A DNA stretch of 64,000 nt from positions 32,001 through 96,000 of the forward strand of contig JBEKCB010000001.1 of the NCBI GenBank assembly GCA_050015075.1. The letters run 5' to 3'. Below, piece by piece: positions 48,141-58,500 of the stretch (the first letter of the stretch is position 1; every line of letters starts with the position of its first letter). The position numbers and the translations under genes are program-made. The stretch comes from Candidatus Brocadiia bacterium (GTDB lineage: Bacteria > Planctomycetota > Brocadiia > CAIUPP01). The notes beneath the pieces were generated by a model, which saw only the letters and a program-made list of their open reading frames with translations, searched no databases and was not told the DNA's origin.

Positions 48141-49001
48141 CTAGTCGCTCAAACGCGTCCACGCGTTGTCGCCGCGCTGGATGGGCAGCTTGGGCACAAC
48201 AACGCGCGCGGCGCACAGATCGTCCTGAACGTCGAACACGCTGACCTTCGCGACGAACACGCCTTCCCGGAAGATCGAGAAGTCGTAGTTCTTCATCACG
48301 CCCTGCTTCCGGCCCGCGTTGAGGAGGATGAAGTTGCTCTCCGCATCCACCTTGACCACTTTGGCCTTGATGTCCGGCAGGCTGGCCCAACTGGCGATGA
48401 GTTCGCGCCAGGCGACGTTCCGCCGGCTCAGCTCGGCGAAGATATCGTCATTGAGCTTGAGCGTCTCCTCCGCCTTTCCGAGCGAGTCCGTGGCGGTTTT
48501 CAACGAGGTGGTCAGCTCCGTGTTCTCTTTGTCGACTTTGTTGGCGTGGCTCTGCTCATCAATCAGCTTGGCGGTGAGCGTGTTGTTCTCGGTCTTCAGG
48601 CTGTCCGCGCTGGCGAGCAGCGTCTTCATCTCGCCGCCGAGCGAATTGAGCGCCGCCGCCTGTTCGAGGTTGAGGTTCTTGTCTTTCTGAATCTCGATAT
48701 CCTTCGCCGTGTATTCGGCGGCCTTCCGTTCGCCTTCATGGATCGCCGCATCGAGGCGAAGCTGGGCCGCGTCGGCGTTGGACTTCGCCTCCGCGATTTC
48801 CTTGACCGCCTGGTTGACCCGGTCGGTCATCTCGGCGTTCGTCCGCGTCCAGTTCTCTTTGTCCCGCGCGTAGTCGCCCTTCGTTTTTTCCAGCTCGGCG
48901 CGGAAGTCCTCGCGCTTGCCGAAGAGCACGGCGGACATGGATGCGAAAATGAGGCTCAGGATAAAGACCACGACCGTCAGCAGTTTGGCCCAGAACGTCA
49001 T
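48141..49001 (-). CDS. Membrane-anchored coiled-coil protein with C-terminal beta domain
   Basis: GGAGGAG RBS; N-terminal TM helix; long heptad region; ILLNAGRKQGV...FSIFR...IQRGD. Confidence 0.8.
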   Translation of the reverse strand: MTFWAKLLTVVVFILSLIFASMSAVLFGKREDFRAELEKTKGDYARDKENWTRTNAEMTDRVNQAVKEIAEAKSNADAAQLRLDAAIHEGERKAAEYTAKDIEIQKDKNLNLEQAAALNSLGGEMKTLLASADSLKTENNTLTAKLIDEQSHANKVDKENTELTTSLKTATDSLGKAEETLKLNDDIFAELSRRNVAWRELIASWASLPDIKAKVVKVDAESNFILLNAGRKQGVMKNYDFSIFREGVFVAKVSVFDVQDDLCAARVVVPKLPIQRGDNAWTRLSD

Positions 49002-49065
49002 GGCAACTCCTCCCAAAGGGAAGCCGGCCCTCTCGTGCGGGCCGTACATCTTCCGGCGAACAAGG

Positions 49066-49146
49066 ATTATAAGAATTGCTTTTCGCATAAGTCAAGCGAA
49101 AATCCGCATAGATTCGGTTGAGGAAGCCGGGCGCGGCTGCTACAAT
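49066..49146. promoter_or_regulatory. Divergent sigma70-type promoters
   Basis: Minus strand TTGACT-N18-TATAAT; plus strand TTGAGG-N17-TACAAT. Confidence 0.55.
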
Positions 49147-49211
49147 ACGGCCCTTCCGCGATTCCGGCCGGCGCCGGAGGGACACTTTTCCCGTTTTTCA
49201 GGCCAGAGAAT

Positions 49212-51305
49212 ATGCTCGAAAGTTTCTTCAACCCACGTTCCGTGGCGGTCATCGGCGCGTCACGCGAGGAAGGCAAAGTCGGCTACGACGTGCTGCACAA
49301 CCTGGTCCAGTACGGTTATCCCGGCAAGATCTACCCGGTCAATCCCAAGGCGGACCAGATCCTGGGCCTGCCCTGTTTCCGGTCGGTCCGCGACATTCCC
49401 GGCGAGGTGGACCTGGCGGTCCTGGTGATCCCGGCGAAGTTCTGCCTGGAAGCGACGCGCGACTGCGTCGCGAAGAAAGTGCCGGCGCTGATCATCATCA
49501 CCGCCGGCTTCAAGGAGACCGGCCGCGAAGGGGCCGATCTCGAGCGCAAGGTCGTCGAGGTCGCGCGCGAGAACGGCATGCGCATCATCGGCCCGAACTG
49601 CCTGGGGCTGATCAACACGCCCGAGAAACTCAACGCCTCCTTCGCCGCCGGCATGCCCGAAAAAGGCGACATCGCCTTCATGTCGCAGTCGGGCGCGTTC
49701 GGCACGGCGATCCTCGACTGGGCGATCGGCGAGCGGATCGGCTTCAGCAAATTCATCAGCGTCGGCAACAAGGCCGACGTGGACGAGACCACGCTCCTGG
49801 AAGCGGTCGGCGGCGACCGCGACTCGCGCGTGCTGCTCGGCTATATCGAGTCGGTCCAGCACGGCGAGGAGTTCATGCGCGTCGCGAAGGAGATCACGCG
49901 GCGCAAGCCGGTGATCCTCTTCAAGTCCGGCATGTCGGCCGCCGGCGCGAGGGCCGCCTCGAGTCACACCGGCGCGCTCGCCGGCTCCGACAACGCCTAT
50001 GCCGCCGCCTTCCGGCAATCGGGCATCCTCCGCGCGAGCGAGGTCGTGGACCTCTTCGACTGGGGCCTGGCGTTCAGCTATCAGAAGGGCATCGGCGGCC
50101 CGGAGGTGGCACTCGTCACCAACGCCGGCGGGCCGGGCATCATCGCGACCGACGCGGTGGAACGCAGCCGGCTGCAGATGGCCACGCTGACCAAGGAAAC
50201 CGTGGACGCGCTGCACAAGGCGTTGCCGCCGACGGCGAACTTCTACAACCCGATCGACGTCCTCGGCGACGCGCGCGCCGAGCGCTACGACATCGCCGTC
50301 CGCGCCGCCCTCAGCGACCCGAACGTCCGCGGCGTCATCGTGATCCTCACTCCCCAGACGAGCACCGAGCCGCTGCCGACCGCCGAGGTCGTCGCCAGGG
50401 CCGCCGCCGAGTACGGCAAGCCGGTCGTCGCCTGCTACATGGGCGGGCCGCGCGTCATCGAGGGTTTCCGCTACCTCATGGAGCATCGCGTGCCGACCTA
50501 TCCGTTCCCCGAGCGCGCCGTGGCGGCAATGGACGCGCTTTACCGGCACCGGCTGTGGATGGATACGCCGCCGGGCGAACTCTGCACCTTCCCGGTCGAG
50601 AAGGAAAAAGTCGCCGCCATCTTCCAGCAGAGCCGCGCCGCCGGCCGCCTGGAGCTGGGCGAGCAGGAAGCGCGCGAGGTGATCCGCGCGTACGGTTTCA
50701 AGGTGCCCCGCAGCCTGCTGGCGACCACTCACGAAGAAGCCGTCGCCGCCGCGCGGGAAGTCGGGCTGCCGGTGGTGATGAAAATCTCCTCGCCGGACAT
50801 CCTGCACAAGTCCGACGTCGGCGGCGTGCGCGTGGGCGTCGCCACGGAGCTGGAAGTCGTCGGCGCCTTCACGGCGATCATCGAGAGCGCCCGGCGCAAG
50901 CTGCCGCAGGCCGACCTCAGCGGCGTGCTCGTCCAGGAGATGATCCGCGGCGGCCGCGAGACGATCCTCGGCATGACGCGCGACGCGCAGTTCGGCCCGA
51001 TGATCATGTTCGGCCTCGGCGGGATCTATGTCGAGGTGCTCAAGGACGTTTCCTTCCGCATCGCCCCGCTGACCCGGCGCGACGCCGAGGAGATGGTTGC
51101 CGAGATCCGCTCCATCAAGCTGCTCCGCGGCGTCCGCGGCCAGCCGCCGGCCGACTTCAGTGCGCTCGTCGAGGGGCTGCTGCGGCTCTCGCAACTGGTG
51201 GTGGATTTCCCCGAGATCGTCGAGATGGACCTCAACCCGCTGGCCGTCTTCCCAAAGGGCGGCGGCACGGTGGCGATGGACGCGCGACTGGCCTTGAAAG
51301 GTTAA
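49212..51305 (+). CDS. Acetate/acyl-CoA ligase (ADP-forming), fused alpha-beta
   Basis: SVAVIGAS, IGPNCLG, SQSGA, ASSHTGALAG (phospho-His), NAGGPG, HKSDVGGV ATP-grasp; no GNAT domain. Confidence 0.92.
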   Translation: MLESFFNPRSVAVIGASREEGKVGYDVLHNLVQYGYPGKIYPVNPKADQILGLPCFRSVRDIPGEVDLAVLVIPAKFCLEATRDCVAKKVPALIIITAGFKETGREGADLERKVVEVARENGMRIIGPNCLGLINTPEKLNASFAAGMPEKGDIAFMSQSGAFGTAILDWAIGERIGFSKFISVGNKADVDETTLLEAVGGDRDSRVLLGYIESVQHGEEFMRVAKEITRRKPVILFKSGMSAAGARAASSHTGALAGSDNAYAAAFRQSGILRASEVVDLFDWGLAFSYQKGIGGPEVALVTNAGGPGIIATDAVERSRLQMATLTKETVDALHKALPPTANFYNPIDVLGDARAERYDIAVRAALSDPNVRGVIVILTPQTSTEPLPTAEVVARAAAEYGKPVVACYMGGPRVIEGFRYLMEHRVPTYPFPERAVAAMDALYRHRLWMDTPPGELCTFPVEKEKVAAIFQQSRAAGRLELGEQEAREVIRAYGFKVPRSLLATTHEEAVAAAREVGLPVVMKISSPDILHKSDVGGVRVGVATELEVVGAFTAIIESARRKLPQADLSGVLVQEMIRGGRETILGMTRDAQFGPMIMFGLGGIYVEVLKDVSFRIAPLTRRDAEEMVAEIRSIKLLRGVRGQPPADFSALVEGLLRLSQLVVDFPEIVEMDLNPLAVFPKGGGTVAMDARLALKG

Positions 51306-51370
51306 AGAAAGTAAACTATCCGTGGTCAGCCGGCCGCTGAGCGCTGACCGCTTTCTGTCAGGAGGACGCC

Positions 51371-52438
51371 ATGCTTCCCATACTGCTGACATCGGTGACG
51401 CCCTACGTCGGAAAAAATGTCGTGGCGCTGGGAATCGCGGAGAAGTTCCGCCGCGAGGGGAAGTCCGTCGGCTTCTTCAAGCCGATCGGCCCGCTGCCGA
51501 CGGTGGTGGACGGCCGCATGGTGGACGAGGACGCGGTGTTCTTCCACAAAGTCCTGGGACTTTCCGAGCCGCTCGAGGCGATCTGCCCGCTGGTCCTGAC
51601 CGACCAGGCGCTGGCGAACGCGCTGCGCGGCGCGCAAGGCGACGCGCGCCAGCGGATCCTCTCGGCGTACAAGACCGTCTCGCAGGGCAAGGACATCGTG
51701 ATGTCCGTCAGCATGGGACGGCTTTCCTGCGGGCTGACCTACGGCTACTCGATGGACAAATTCGCCGCGGACATCAAGGCCAAGGTGATCGTGGTGGCGC
51801 GCTACAAGTGGCCCACCGAGACGCTCGACGGCATCCTGCACATGCGCACGCTGCTCCCGGACCAGTTCGTCGGCGTGGTGTTCAACCGCGTGCCCGCCTC
51901 GAAGGCCCAGCAGATCGCGCAGGCCGTGCAGCCGTTCCTGAAGGCGCAGGGAATTGACGTGCTCGGCTGCGCGCCGGACGACACCATCCTGAACGCCGTC
52001 CCGGTCTCGGAGCTGGTCGAAGGGCTCGACGGCAAGGTGCTCTGCGCGGGCGACAAGCTCAACCAGCTCGCCGAGCATTTCAGCATCGGCGCGATGAACG
52101 TGGACTCCGCGCTGCGGTTCTTCCGCCGCGTGCCCAACAAGGCCGTGATCACCGGCGGGGACCGCCCCGACATCCAGCTCGCGGCGCTTCAGACCTCGAC
52201 GCGCTGCCTGATCCTCACCGGCGACCTCTATCCGAACGAGCGCATTCTCACCCGCGCCGAGGAGATGGGCGTGCCGGTCATCCTCGTCGGCCAGGATACC
52301 TCCACCGTCGCGGCGATCTGCGAGCAACTCCGCGGCCACCTCAGCCTCCAGAGCGAGCAGAAGACCGCCCGCGCCATCGAGCTGATGGACGGCTGCATGA
52401 ACTGGGACCTGCTGCGCAAACGACTCGACATCAAGTAG
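51371..52438 (+). CDS. Phosphotransacetylase N-terminal-like protein (BioD-like P-loop plus DRTGG domain)
   Basis: YVGKN, VGFFKPIG, VITGGDRPDIQLAAL, CLILTG. Confidence 0.88.
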   Translation: MLPILLTSVTPYVGKNVVALGIAEKFRREGKSVGFFKPIGPLPTVVDGRMVDEDAVFFHKVLGLSEPLEAICPLVLTDQALANALRGAQGDARQRILSAYKTVSQGKDIVMSVSMGRLSCGLTYGYSMDKFAADIKAKVIVVARYKWPTETLDGILHMRTLLPDQFVGVVFNRVPASKAQQIAQAVQPFLKAQGIDVLGCAPDDTILNAVPVSELVEGLDGKVLCAGDKLNQLAEHFSIGAMNVDSALRFFRRVPNKAVITGGDRPDIQLAALQTSTRCLILTGDLYPNERILTRAEEMGVPVILVGQDTSTVAAICEQLRGHLSLQSEQKTARAIELMDGCMNWDLLRKRLDIK

Positions 52439-52560
52439 CTTTTCAGTGCGGAGTGCAGGGTGAGGATTGCCGTACGTGGTGCTCGTCGTGTCGTCGTGGT
52501 GAGAATTACCATCGTGTCATCGTGGTGAGAACCGCCGCGGTCGGCTGAGAGCTCATCATT

Positions 52561-55011
52561 ATGCGACGCCCGCTCGTCAGCGTTGCTTTCGCCCTGGCGG
52601 CGGGCGTCCTCGTTTCCGGCGCGCATTTCCTTTCTCCCCCGGCGGGCCTGGCGTTCGCGGCCGCTTGCGGCCTGGCCGCCCTGCTCCTCCTCTTCCTGCG
52701 CGCGCCGCCCCGCTGGATTTTCGCGGCGGCGCTGGCGGCTCTGGTCGCCGGCGGCGCAGCTTATGCCGGTTCGCGGTTCGCCGATGAGCGCGCGCCGCAG
52801 CTCTCCGCGCTCCTTTCGACCGGAACCCGGATCCTCCACGCGCGCGGCATCGTGTGCGATTGCCCGGTCGAGCGGACGGCGCCGCGCTACGCTGGAACCG
52901 CGCAGCCGCAGGTCCTCGCGCGGTTCACCCTCGAGCTGACGCAGCTCTCCGACGGCGAGCGCTGGACGCCGATCCGCGGCCGGCTGCGCACGATCGTCCG
53001 CGGCGCCGGCGGCGTGCAGTACGGCGACGAAATCGAGGCGACGCTCCGCGCCGGCCGGCTGTTGCCGCCCGGGAATCCCGGTGAGGAGGACGTGCGGCTG
53101 CTCATGGACCGCTCGGGCATCTGCGGCGTGGCCGAGGTACGCTCGCCGGAAGGCATCCGGCGGACGGGAGAAGCGCAGGGCCTGCCCGGCCTTCGGCAGG
53201 TTTTCGCGCTGAGGGAACGGTTGCTGGGGTTCCTCAAGGAGCGGATGCCCGGCGGCGACGGCCGGATCATCCGCTGCCTGGTCCTCGGCGACCAGGACGC
53301 GCCGACGCAGAATCAGCGGCGCGAGTTCCGCGAGACGGGCACGATGCACTTCCTGGCGATCAGCGGACTGCACGTCGCGCTGCTGGCGGCGTGCTGCTGG
53401 TGGACGCTCGGCGCGTTCGGCGTCGGGCTCCGCGCGACGTCCATCGTCGTGTTCCTGGTCGCGCTGACCTACGCGCTGCTGAGCGGCTTCGAGCATGGCG
53501 TGCAGCGCTCCGTCATCATGTGCGGCGTGTGGTGCGGCGCGTATCTGCTGACGCGGAAGATGGATTTCCCGTCCGGCATGGCGCTGGCGTTCATCCTGAT
53601 CCTGCTCATCCGGCCCGCCGACCTCTACAGCATCGGGCTGCAACTGTCGTTTGCGGCCGTCCTCGGCATGTGGCTCTTCACCCGGCCGCTGGAGTACGCC
53701 ATCTTCGGGCCGCCGAACGATCCGCTCACCAAGCTGGAGACGCTGGAAGGCCGGAATTGGCCGGATTTCTTCATGCAGTCAAGATTCAGGAGCATCGTCT
53801 GCGTCGTGCTGGTCGTGTGGCTGACGACGGCGCCGCTGATCGCGCAGCGCTTTGGAATGTTCACGCCGATCGCGCCGATCGCGAGCCTGCTGCTGTTTCC
53901 GCTGTTGCCGGTGGCGGTGGTCGCCGGCATGGCCGGCGCGCTCCTCGGGCTGTTCAGCGCATTCGCCGCCCAGCCGCTGCTGTGGCTGGCGGGCGGCTGC
54001 GCCCACGTGCTGGAATGGGCCTGCCGCGCGGCGGCGCGGCTGCCGGGGGTCTGCGTTTACCTTCCGCCGCCGGGCTGGGCGATGATCCTCCTGTGCGGCG
54101 CGGTCTTCACGGCGATGGCGTACCGCGCCCAACTCGGCTTGACGCGCCGGCGCGTTGCGGCGCTGATGCTCGTCCCGGCGTTCGCGTACCTGTGGTTCAT
54201 CTGGCCGCAGTCGTCCGTCCGCCACCTGCGTGTGGACGCGATCTCGGTCGGCCATGGCAACTGCATCCTCACGCGGTTCCCGGACGGGCGCAGTCTGCTC
54301 TTCGACGCCGGCAGCGCCGGCCGCGCCGACGACATCGCCGAGCGCGTGATTGTCCCGGCGCTCTGGTCGCTGGGCGTGCGGCGGCTGGACTTGCTGGTGC
54401 TGTCGCACGGCGACGCGGACCATTACAACGGCGCCGAGGAACTCGCGCGAAGGATGCACGTCGGCGGCGTGGCGGTGACGAATTATTTCGACTATTTCGA
54501 CAACCAGCCGGGGCCGAAACGGCTGATCGAGGACCTCTCGAGCGCGCGCGTCCCGGTGAGCCGCTTCAGCAAGGGAGACCGCGTCGCCGGCTTCGCCGAC
54601 GCGGAGATCGTCGCGCTCTGGCCGCCGCCGAGCGTCCCAAAATTGAAGTGGACCGCCAACGAACTCTGCGCCGTGGTCCGCGTTCGGACGCCGGAAGGAG
54701 TCGTTCTCCTGACCGGCGATTTCGGGCACGGCGCGGCGGGCCCGCTCATCCGGCAGAACCCGGACCTGGGCGCGGACGTGCTCCAGGTTCCGCATCACGG
54801 GCGCGCCGACCCGGACGCGGCGCAACTGGCCGAGGCGGTTCGCCCGGCGGTGGCGATCATCCCCGGCGGACGCGACGCCCAGGCGGCGCCCTTCTACGCC
54901 CGAACGTCGAAGAATTTGCTTGCGACCGACGATTGCGGCATGATCAGTGTTGAGCTGAACGGCGGCGAGCCGCGCATCGCGACGTACCGCAATCGGAGAT
55001 TGGGAGATTAG
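52561..55011 (+). CDS. comEC: DNA internalization competence protein ComEC/Rec2
   Basis: [27 protein letters not shown] domain [22 protein letters not shown]. Confidence 0.93.
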   Translation: MRRPLVSVAFALAAGVLVSGAHFLSPPAGLAFAAACGLAALLLLFLRAPPRWIFAAALAALVAGGAAYAGSRFADERAPQLSALLSTGTRILHARGIVCDCPVERTAPRYAGTAQPQVLARFTLELTQLSDGERWTPIRGRLRTIVRGAGGVQYGDEIEATLRAGRLLPPGNPGEEDVRLLMDRSGICGVAEVRSPEGIRRTGEAQGLPGLRQVFALRERLLGFLKERMPGGDGRIIRCLVLGDQDAPTQNQRREFRETGTMHFLAISGLHVALLAACCWWTLGAFGVGLRATSIVVFLVALTYALLSGFEHGVQRSVIMCGVWCGAYLLTRKMDFPSGMALAFILILLIRPADLYSIGLQLSFAAVLGMWLFTRPLEYAIFGPPNDPLTKLETLEGRNWPDFFMQSRFRSIVCVVLVVWLTTAPLIAQRFGMFTPIAPIASLLLFPLLPVAVVAGMAGALLGLFSAFAAQPLLWLAGGCAHVLEWACRAAARLPGVCVYLPPPGWAMILLCGAVFTAMAYRAQLGLTRRRVAALMLVPAFAYLWFIWPQSSVRHLRVDAISVGHGNCILTRFPDGRSLLFDAGSAGRADDIAERVIVPALWSLGVRRLDLLVLSHGDADHYNGAEELARRMHVGGVAVTNYFDYFDNQPGPKRLIEDLSSARVPVSRFSKGDRVAGFADAEIVALWPPPSVPKLKWTANELCAVVRVRTPEGVVLLTGDFGHGAAGPLIRQNPDLGADVLQVPHHGRADPDAAQLAEAVRPAVAIIPGGRDAQAAPFYARTSKNLLATDDCGMISVELNGGEPRIATYRNRRLGD

Positions 55012-55031
55012 GAAATTGGGAGATTATCAAT

Positions 55032-55565
55032 ATGGAAAACCGAATGGAGGCGATTCAGGGCGACATCACCAAGATGAAGGTGGATGCGATCGTCAACGCC
55101 GCGAACTCGTCGCTCCTGGGCGGCGGCGGCGTGGACGGGGCGATCCACCGCGCCGCCGGGCCGGAGCTGGTGGCCGAGTGCGCCACGCTCGGCGGCTGCG
55201 CGACCGGCGAGGCGAAGATCACGCGCGGCTATAATCTCCCCGCAAAACATGTCATCCATACCGTCGGCCCGGTCTGGCACGGCGGCACGCACGACCCTTC
55301 GACAAGCTCAGGGACTTTCGTGGAGGAGAAACTCCTCGCGGACTGCTACCGCAATTCCCTGCGCATCGCCGCGGAGCGCGGGCTGAAGACGGTGGCCTTT
55401 CCAGCGATCAGCACGGGGGTCTATCGCTTCCCGCCCGAACGCGCCTGCCGGATCGCCGTGGACACCGTGCGCGAATTCCTCGCCGGGCATCCGGCCATCG
55501 AGAAGGTCTCCTTCGTCTGCTTTGACACCCTAACATTCGGGCTGTATAAGAAAGCGATTGCGTGA
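55032..55565 (+). CDS. Macrodomain O-acetyl-ADP-ribose deacetylase (YmdB-like)
   Basis: [46 protein letters not shown]. Confidence 0.95.
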   Translation: MENRMEAIQGDITKMKVDAIVNAANSSLLGGGGVDGAIHRAAGPELVAECATLGGCATGEAKITRGYNLPAKHVIHTVGPVWHGGTHDPSTSSGTFVEEKLLADCYRNSLRIAAERGLKTVAFPAISTGVYRFPPERACRIAVDTVREFLAGHPAIEKVSFVCFDTLTFGLYKKAIA

Positions 55566-55570
55566 CGATA
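55517..55570 (+). repeat. 54-bp direct repeat, copy A (3' end of the macrodomain gene; contains TTGACA-N17-TATAAG)
   Basis: 49/54 identical to 58425-58478 by manual alignment. Confidence 0.85.
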
Positions 55571-55602
55571 TCATTGTGGCCAGCGCGGGAAATTGTCCTC
55601 CG

Positions 55603-56394
55603 ATGATGCCAGCGGCCCAAAACGCGCCTGCGCCCGGCAAAGCTCATACGGTCTTCCTCTCCGTCATCATCCCGGCGCACAATGAAGCGAGGCGCCTTCC
55701 TCCGACGATCGCGGCGATCCTGGATTTCCTGCACGCCCAGCCCTACAGTTCCGAAGTGGTGGTCGTCGAGAACGGCAGCCGTGACGACACGTTCGCCCTC
55801 GCGCAGGCGATGGCGCGGCAGGAACCCACCTTGCGGGTCCTCAGGGAAAAGGAGCGGGGAAAGGGGCTCGCCGTCCGGCGGGGAATGCTGGAAGCGTGGG
55901 GCGAGTATCGCCTCTTCTGCGACGCCGACTTGTCGGTGCCGGTCAGCGAGATCAACCGATTCCTCCCGCCTCTGCTGACCGATTTCGACGTCGCGATCGC
56001 CAGCCGGGAAATGCCGGGGTCGGTCCGCATTGCGGAGCCGGCCTGGCGCCACCTCGTCGGCCGGGCGTTCAACGCGATGATCCGCGCGATGGTCCTGCCC
56101 GGATTTCAGGATACGCAGTGCGGATTCAAGTGCTTCCGCGCAGGTCCGGCGCAGGACATTTTTCTCCGGCAACGGCTTTCGGGCATGGCGTTCGACGCGG
56201 AAGTGATCTACATCGCCCTTCGCCGAGGCTGCCGGATCAAGGAAGTGCCGACGCCCTGGCGCTTCAATCCGGACTCGCGTGTCAGGCTGGTGAGGGACTC
56301 GATAGAGATGGGCTGCGACCTGGTGAGGATTCGCATGAACGACCGGCGCGGATTATATGACCGAGAGTCGCGTGACGAAACAGCGCGCGGATAA
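55603..56394 (+). CDS. GT2 polyprenyl-phosphate glycosyltransferase (dolichyl-phosphate glucosyltransferase-like)
   Basis: LSVIIPAHNE, NGSRD, GKGLAVRRG, CDADLS, DTQCGFK. Confidence 0.92.
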   Translation: MMPAAQNAPAPGKAHTVFLSVIIPAHNEARRLPPTIAAILDFLHAQPYSSEVVVVENGSRDDTFALAQAMARQEPTLRVLREKERGKGLAVRRGMLEAWGEYRLFCDADLSVPVSEINRFLPPLLTDFDVAIASREMPGSVRIAEPAWRHLVGRAFNAMIRAMVLPGFQDTQCGFKCFRAGPAQDIFLRQRLSGMAFDAEVIYIALRRGCRIKEVPTPWRFNPDSRVRLVRDSIEMGCDLVRIRMNDRRGLYDRESRDETARG

Positions 56395-58441
56395 ACTCCA
56401 CGATACGGCGCGCGGGCCTTCCCGGACGGCCCGGATGCTCACGGGCTATCCGATGGTGGCGGCGCTGCTGGCGATCCATTTCGTCCTGGCCGTCACCAGC
56501 GTCATGGACAAGTGCGCCACCTCGGACGAGATGGCTCACCTGCCCGCCGGCTACTGCTATTGGATTCACAACGACTACCGCCTGAATCCGGAGAACGGCA
56601 ATCTTCCCCAGCGGTGGTGCGCCCTTCCGCTTCTTCTCGGCCGGTATGCTTTCCCGGCGGACACATCGCGGTTCTGGACCTCCTCGAACGTCTGGCCGAT
56701 CGGGCACCAGTTCTTCTACCTGATGGGCAACGATGTCCAGGCGATGCTGCTGAAGGGGCGGGCCTTTACGGCGCTCCTGAGCGTGGCGCTGGGGCTGATC
56801 GTTTACTTCTGGTCGCGGCGCCTCTTCGGGCCGACCGGAGGGATGATTTCCCTCGCCCTGTACGTTTTCAACCCGACGATGCTCGCCAACGGGAGCCTGG
56901 TCACTTCCGACATGGCGGCCGCGCTTTTCTTCACCGCCAGCCTGTGGGCCGTGAGCATCATGGTGAACAAAGTCACCGCCGCGACGGTGCTGGCGAGCGC
57001 CCTCGCGATGGCGGGGCTCTTCCTCTCGAAGTTTTCGGCGGTTCTCATCATCCCCGTCGCCGTCGTGCTGATGGGGCTTCAGCTCTTTTCCAGAGAGTCC
57101 GTGCCGGCCGGCTTCCTGCGGCCGGTTGAAGTGAAAACGATCCGGCGTCGCGCGGCGATTTTTGCGGGGACGATCCTGGTCCACGCCGTCATCATCGTCG
57201 CCGTGATCTGGGCCTTCTTCGGATTCCGCTATTCCGCGTTCAGGACCCCCGACCCTCTCAACGAGCTTTATCCGCCCTGGATCAAGGTGGCGGACGTGCC
57301 AGGGCTTGTCCCAAGGACTATTCATTTCTTCAACAGCCGCAAACTGCTGCCGGAGGCGTATCTGTTCGGTTTTGCGAACGTCTATCGGGGCTCGCTGATC
57401 CGCCGGGCGTTCCTCAACGGCGAGTATAGTCTGACAGGATGGCGCTCGTTCTTCCCGTACACATTCCTGGTCAAGACGCCTTTGGTCGTCTTCCTCGTCT
57501 TGGCGCTGGCGTTGGCCGCAGCAGTCCGAAAGACGAAGCTTGCGCGGAAAGAGGCCCGGCAGGCCGCGTGGGCGGCTCTCGCGCCCGCGCTCTATCGCAC
57601 CGCGCCGCTGTGGGTATTGCTCGTGGTCTACTGGGCTACGGCGATCTTCAGCCACATCAACATCGGCCACCGTCACATCATGCCGGTGTACCCGCCGCTG
57701 TTCATCCTGGCCGGCGCTGCGGCGCACTGGGTCACAGCGCGGGAGCGGCTTCTCTGCGCGGCGCTCGTCGGCGCCCTGTTGATCGGCGCGGCGGAATGCG
57801 CGCTGGCCTGGCCGGATTACATTCCCTATTTCAACGCGGTCGCGGGCGGATCGAAGAACGGCTATCGTCACCTGGTGGACAGTTCCCTGGACTGGGGGCA
57901 GGACCTGCCGGGCCTGAAGGAGTGGCTCGCCCGGCAGCATCTCGACGGCAACGCAGAGATGCCCGTGTATTTCGCCTATTTCGGCAACGGCAACCCGCGC
58001 TATTATCACATCCCCGGCAAACAGCTTCCCGGGTTCCCTGACATGGAACGAGATACCACGATAGGGCCGCTCACCGGCGGCATTTACTGCATCAGCGCCA
58101 CCGTGCTGCAGCAAGTGCTCTCCGACGCGCCCGGCCGCTGGACGGCTGAATATGAGGAGGCCTATCAGCAGCGCCTGCGGGACTTCGCCAGCATCGTGAA
58201 GGTGAAGGATGATCCGGTCGCCCTGCGAATCCTGATGGCCCGGGGAGGAGAAAAGGACTGGAACACGCGTCTGAGCGCGTTCGATACCCTGCGCATGGCC
58301 CGCCTCTGCGCTTTCCTGCGGCAGCGCGAGCCGGACGACGAGGTGCATTACTCGATCCTGATCTACCGCCTCACAGACGAGGATGCCCGAAAGGTGGTCT
58401 ATGGCCCGCCTCCGGAACTTGCGCCTGCTTTGACACCTTAA
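56357..58441 (+). CDS. GT-C (ArnT/PMT-like) membrane glycosyltransferase
   Basis: ATSDEMAHL, NPE, LVTSD, LSKFSA, NIGHRHIMP, LVDSSLDWGQDL. Confidence 0.85.
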   Translation: MTESRVTKQRADKLHDTARGPSRTARMLTGYPMVAALLAIHFVLAVTSVMDKCATSDEMAHLPAGYCYWIHNDYRLNPENGNLPQRWCALPLLLGRYAFPADTSRFWTSSNVWPIGHQFFYLMGNDVQAMLLKGRAFTALLSVALGLIVYFWSRRLFGPTGGMISLALYVFNPTMLANGSLVTSDMAAALFFTASLWAVSIMVNKVTAATVLASALAMAGLFLSKFSAVLIIPVAVVLMGLQLFSRESVPAGFLRPVEVKTIRRRAAIFAGTILVHAVIIVAVIWAFFGFRYSAFRTPDPLNELYPPWIKVADVPGLVPRTIHFFNSRKLLPEAYLFGFANVYRGSLIRRAFLNGEYSLTGWRSFFPYTFLVKTPLVVFLVLALALAAAVRKTKLARKEARQAAWAALAPALYRTAPLWVLLVVYWATAIFSHINIGHRHIMPVYPPLFILAGAAAHWVTARERLLCAALVGALLIGAAECALAWPDYIPYFNAVAGGSKNGYRHLVDSSLDWGQDLPGLKEWLARQHLDGNAEMPVYFAYFGNGNPRYYHIPGKQLPGFPDMERDTTIGPLTGGIYCISATVLQQVLSDAPGRWTAEYEEAYQQRLRDFASIVKVKDDPVALRILMARGGEKDWNTRLSAFDTLRMARLCAFLRQREPDDEVHYSILIYRLTDEDARKVVYGPPPELAPALTP

Positions 58442-58478
58442 CGTTCGGGCTGTATAAGAAAGTGATCGCGTGCCGATA
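58425..58478 (+). repeat. 54-bp direct repeat, copy B (contains TTGACA-N17-TATAAG)
   Basis: CTGCTTTGACACCTTAACGTTCGGGCTGTATAAGAAAGTGATCGCGTGCCGATA. Confidence 0.85.
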
Positions 58479-58500
58479 ATATGGTGAGGAGGATCGCCTC

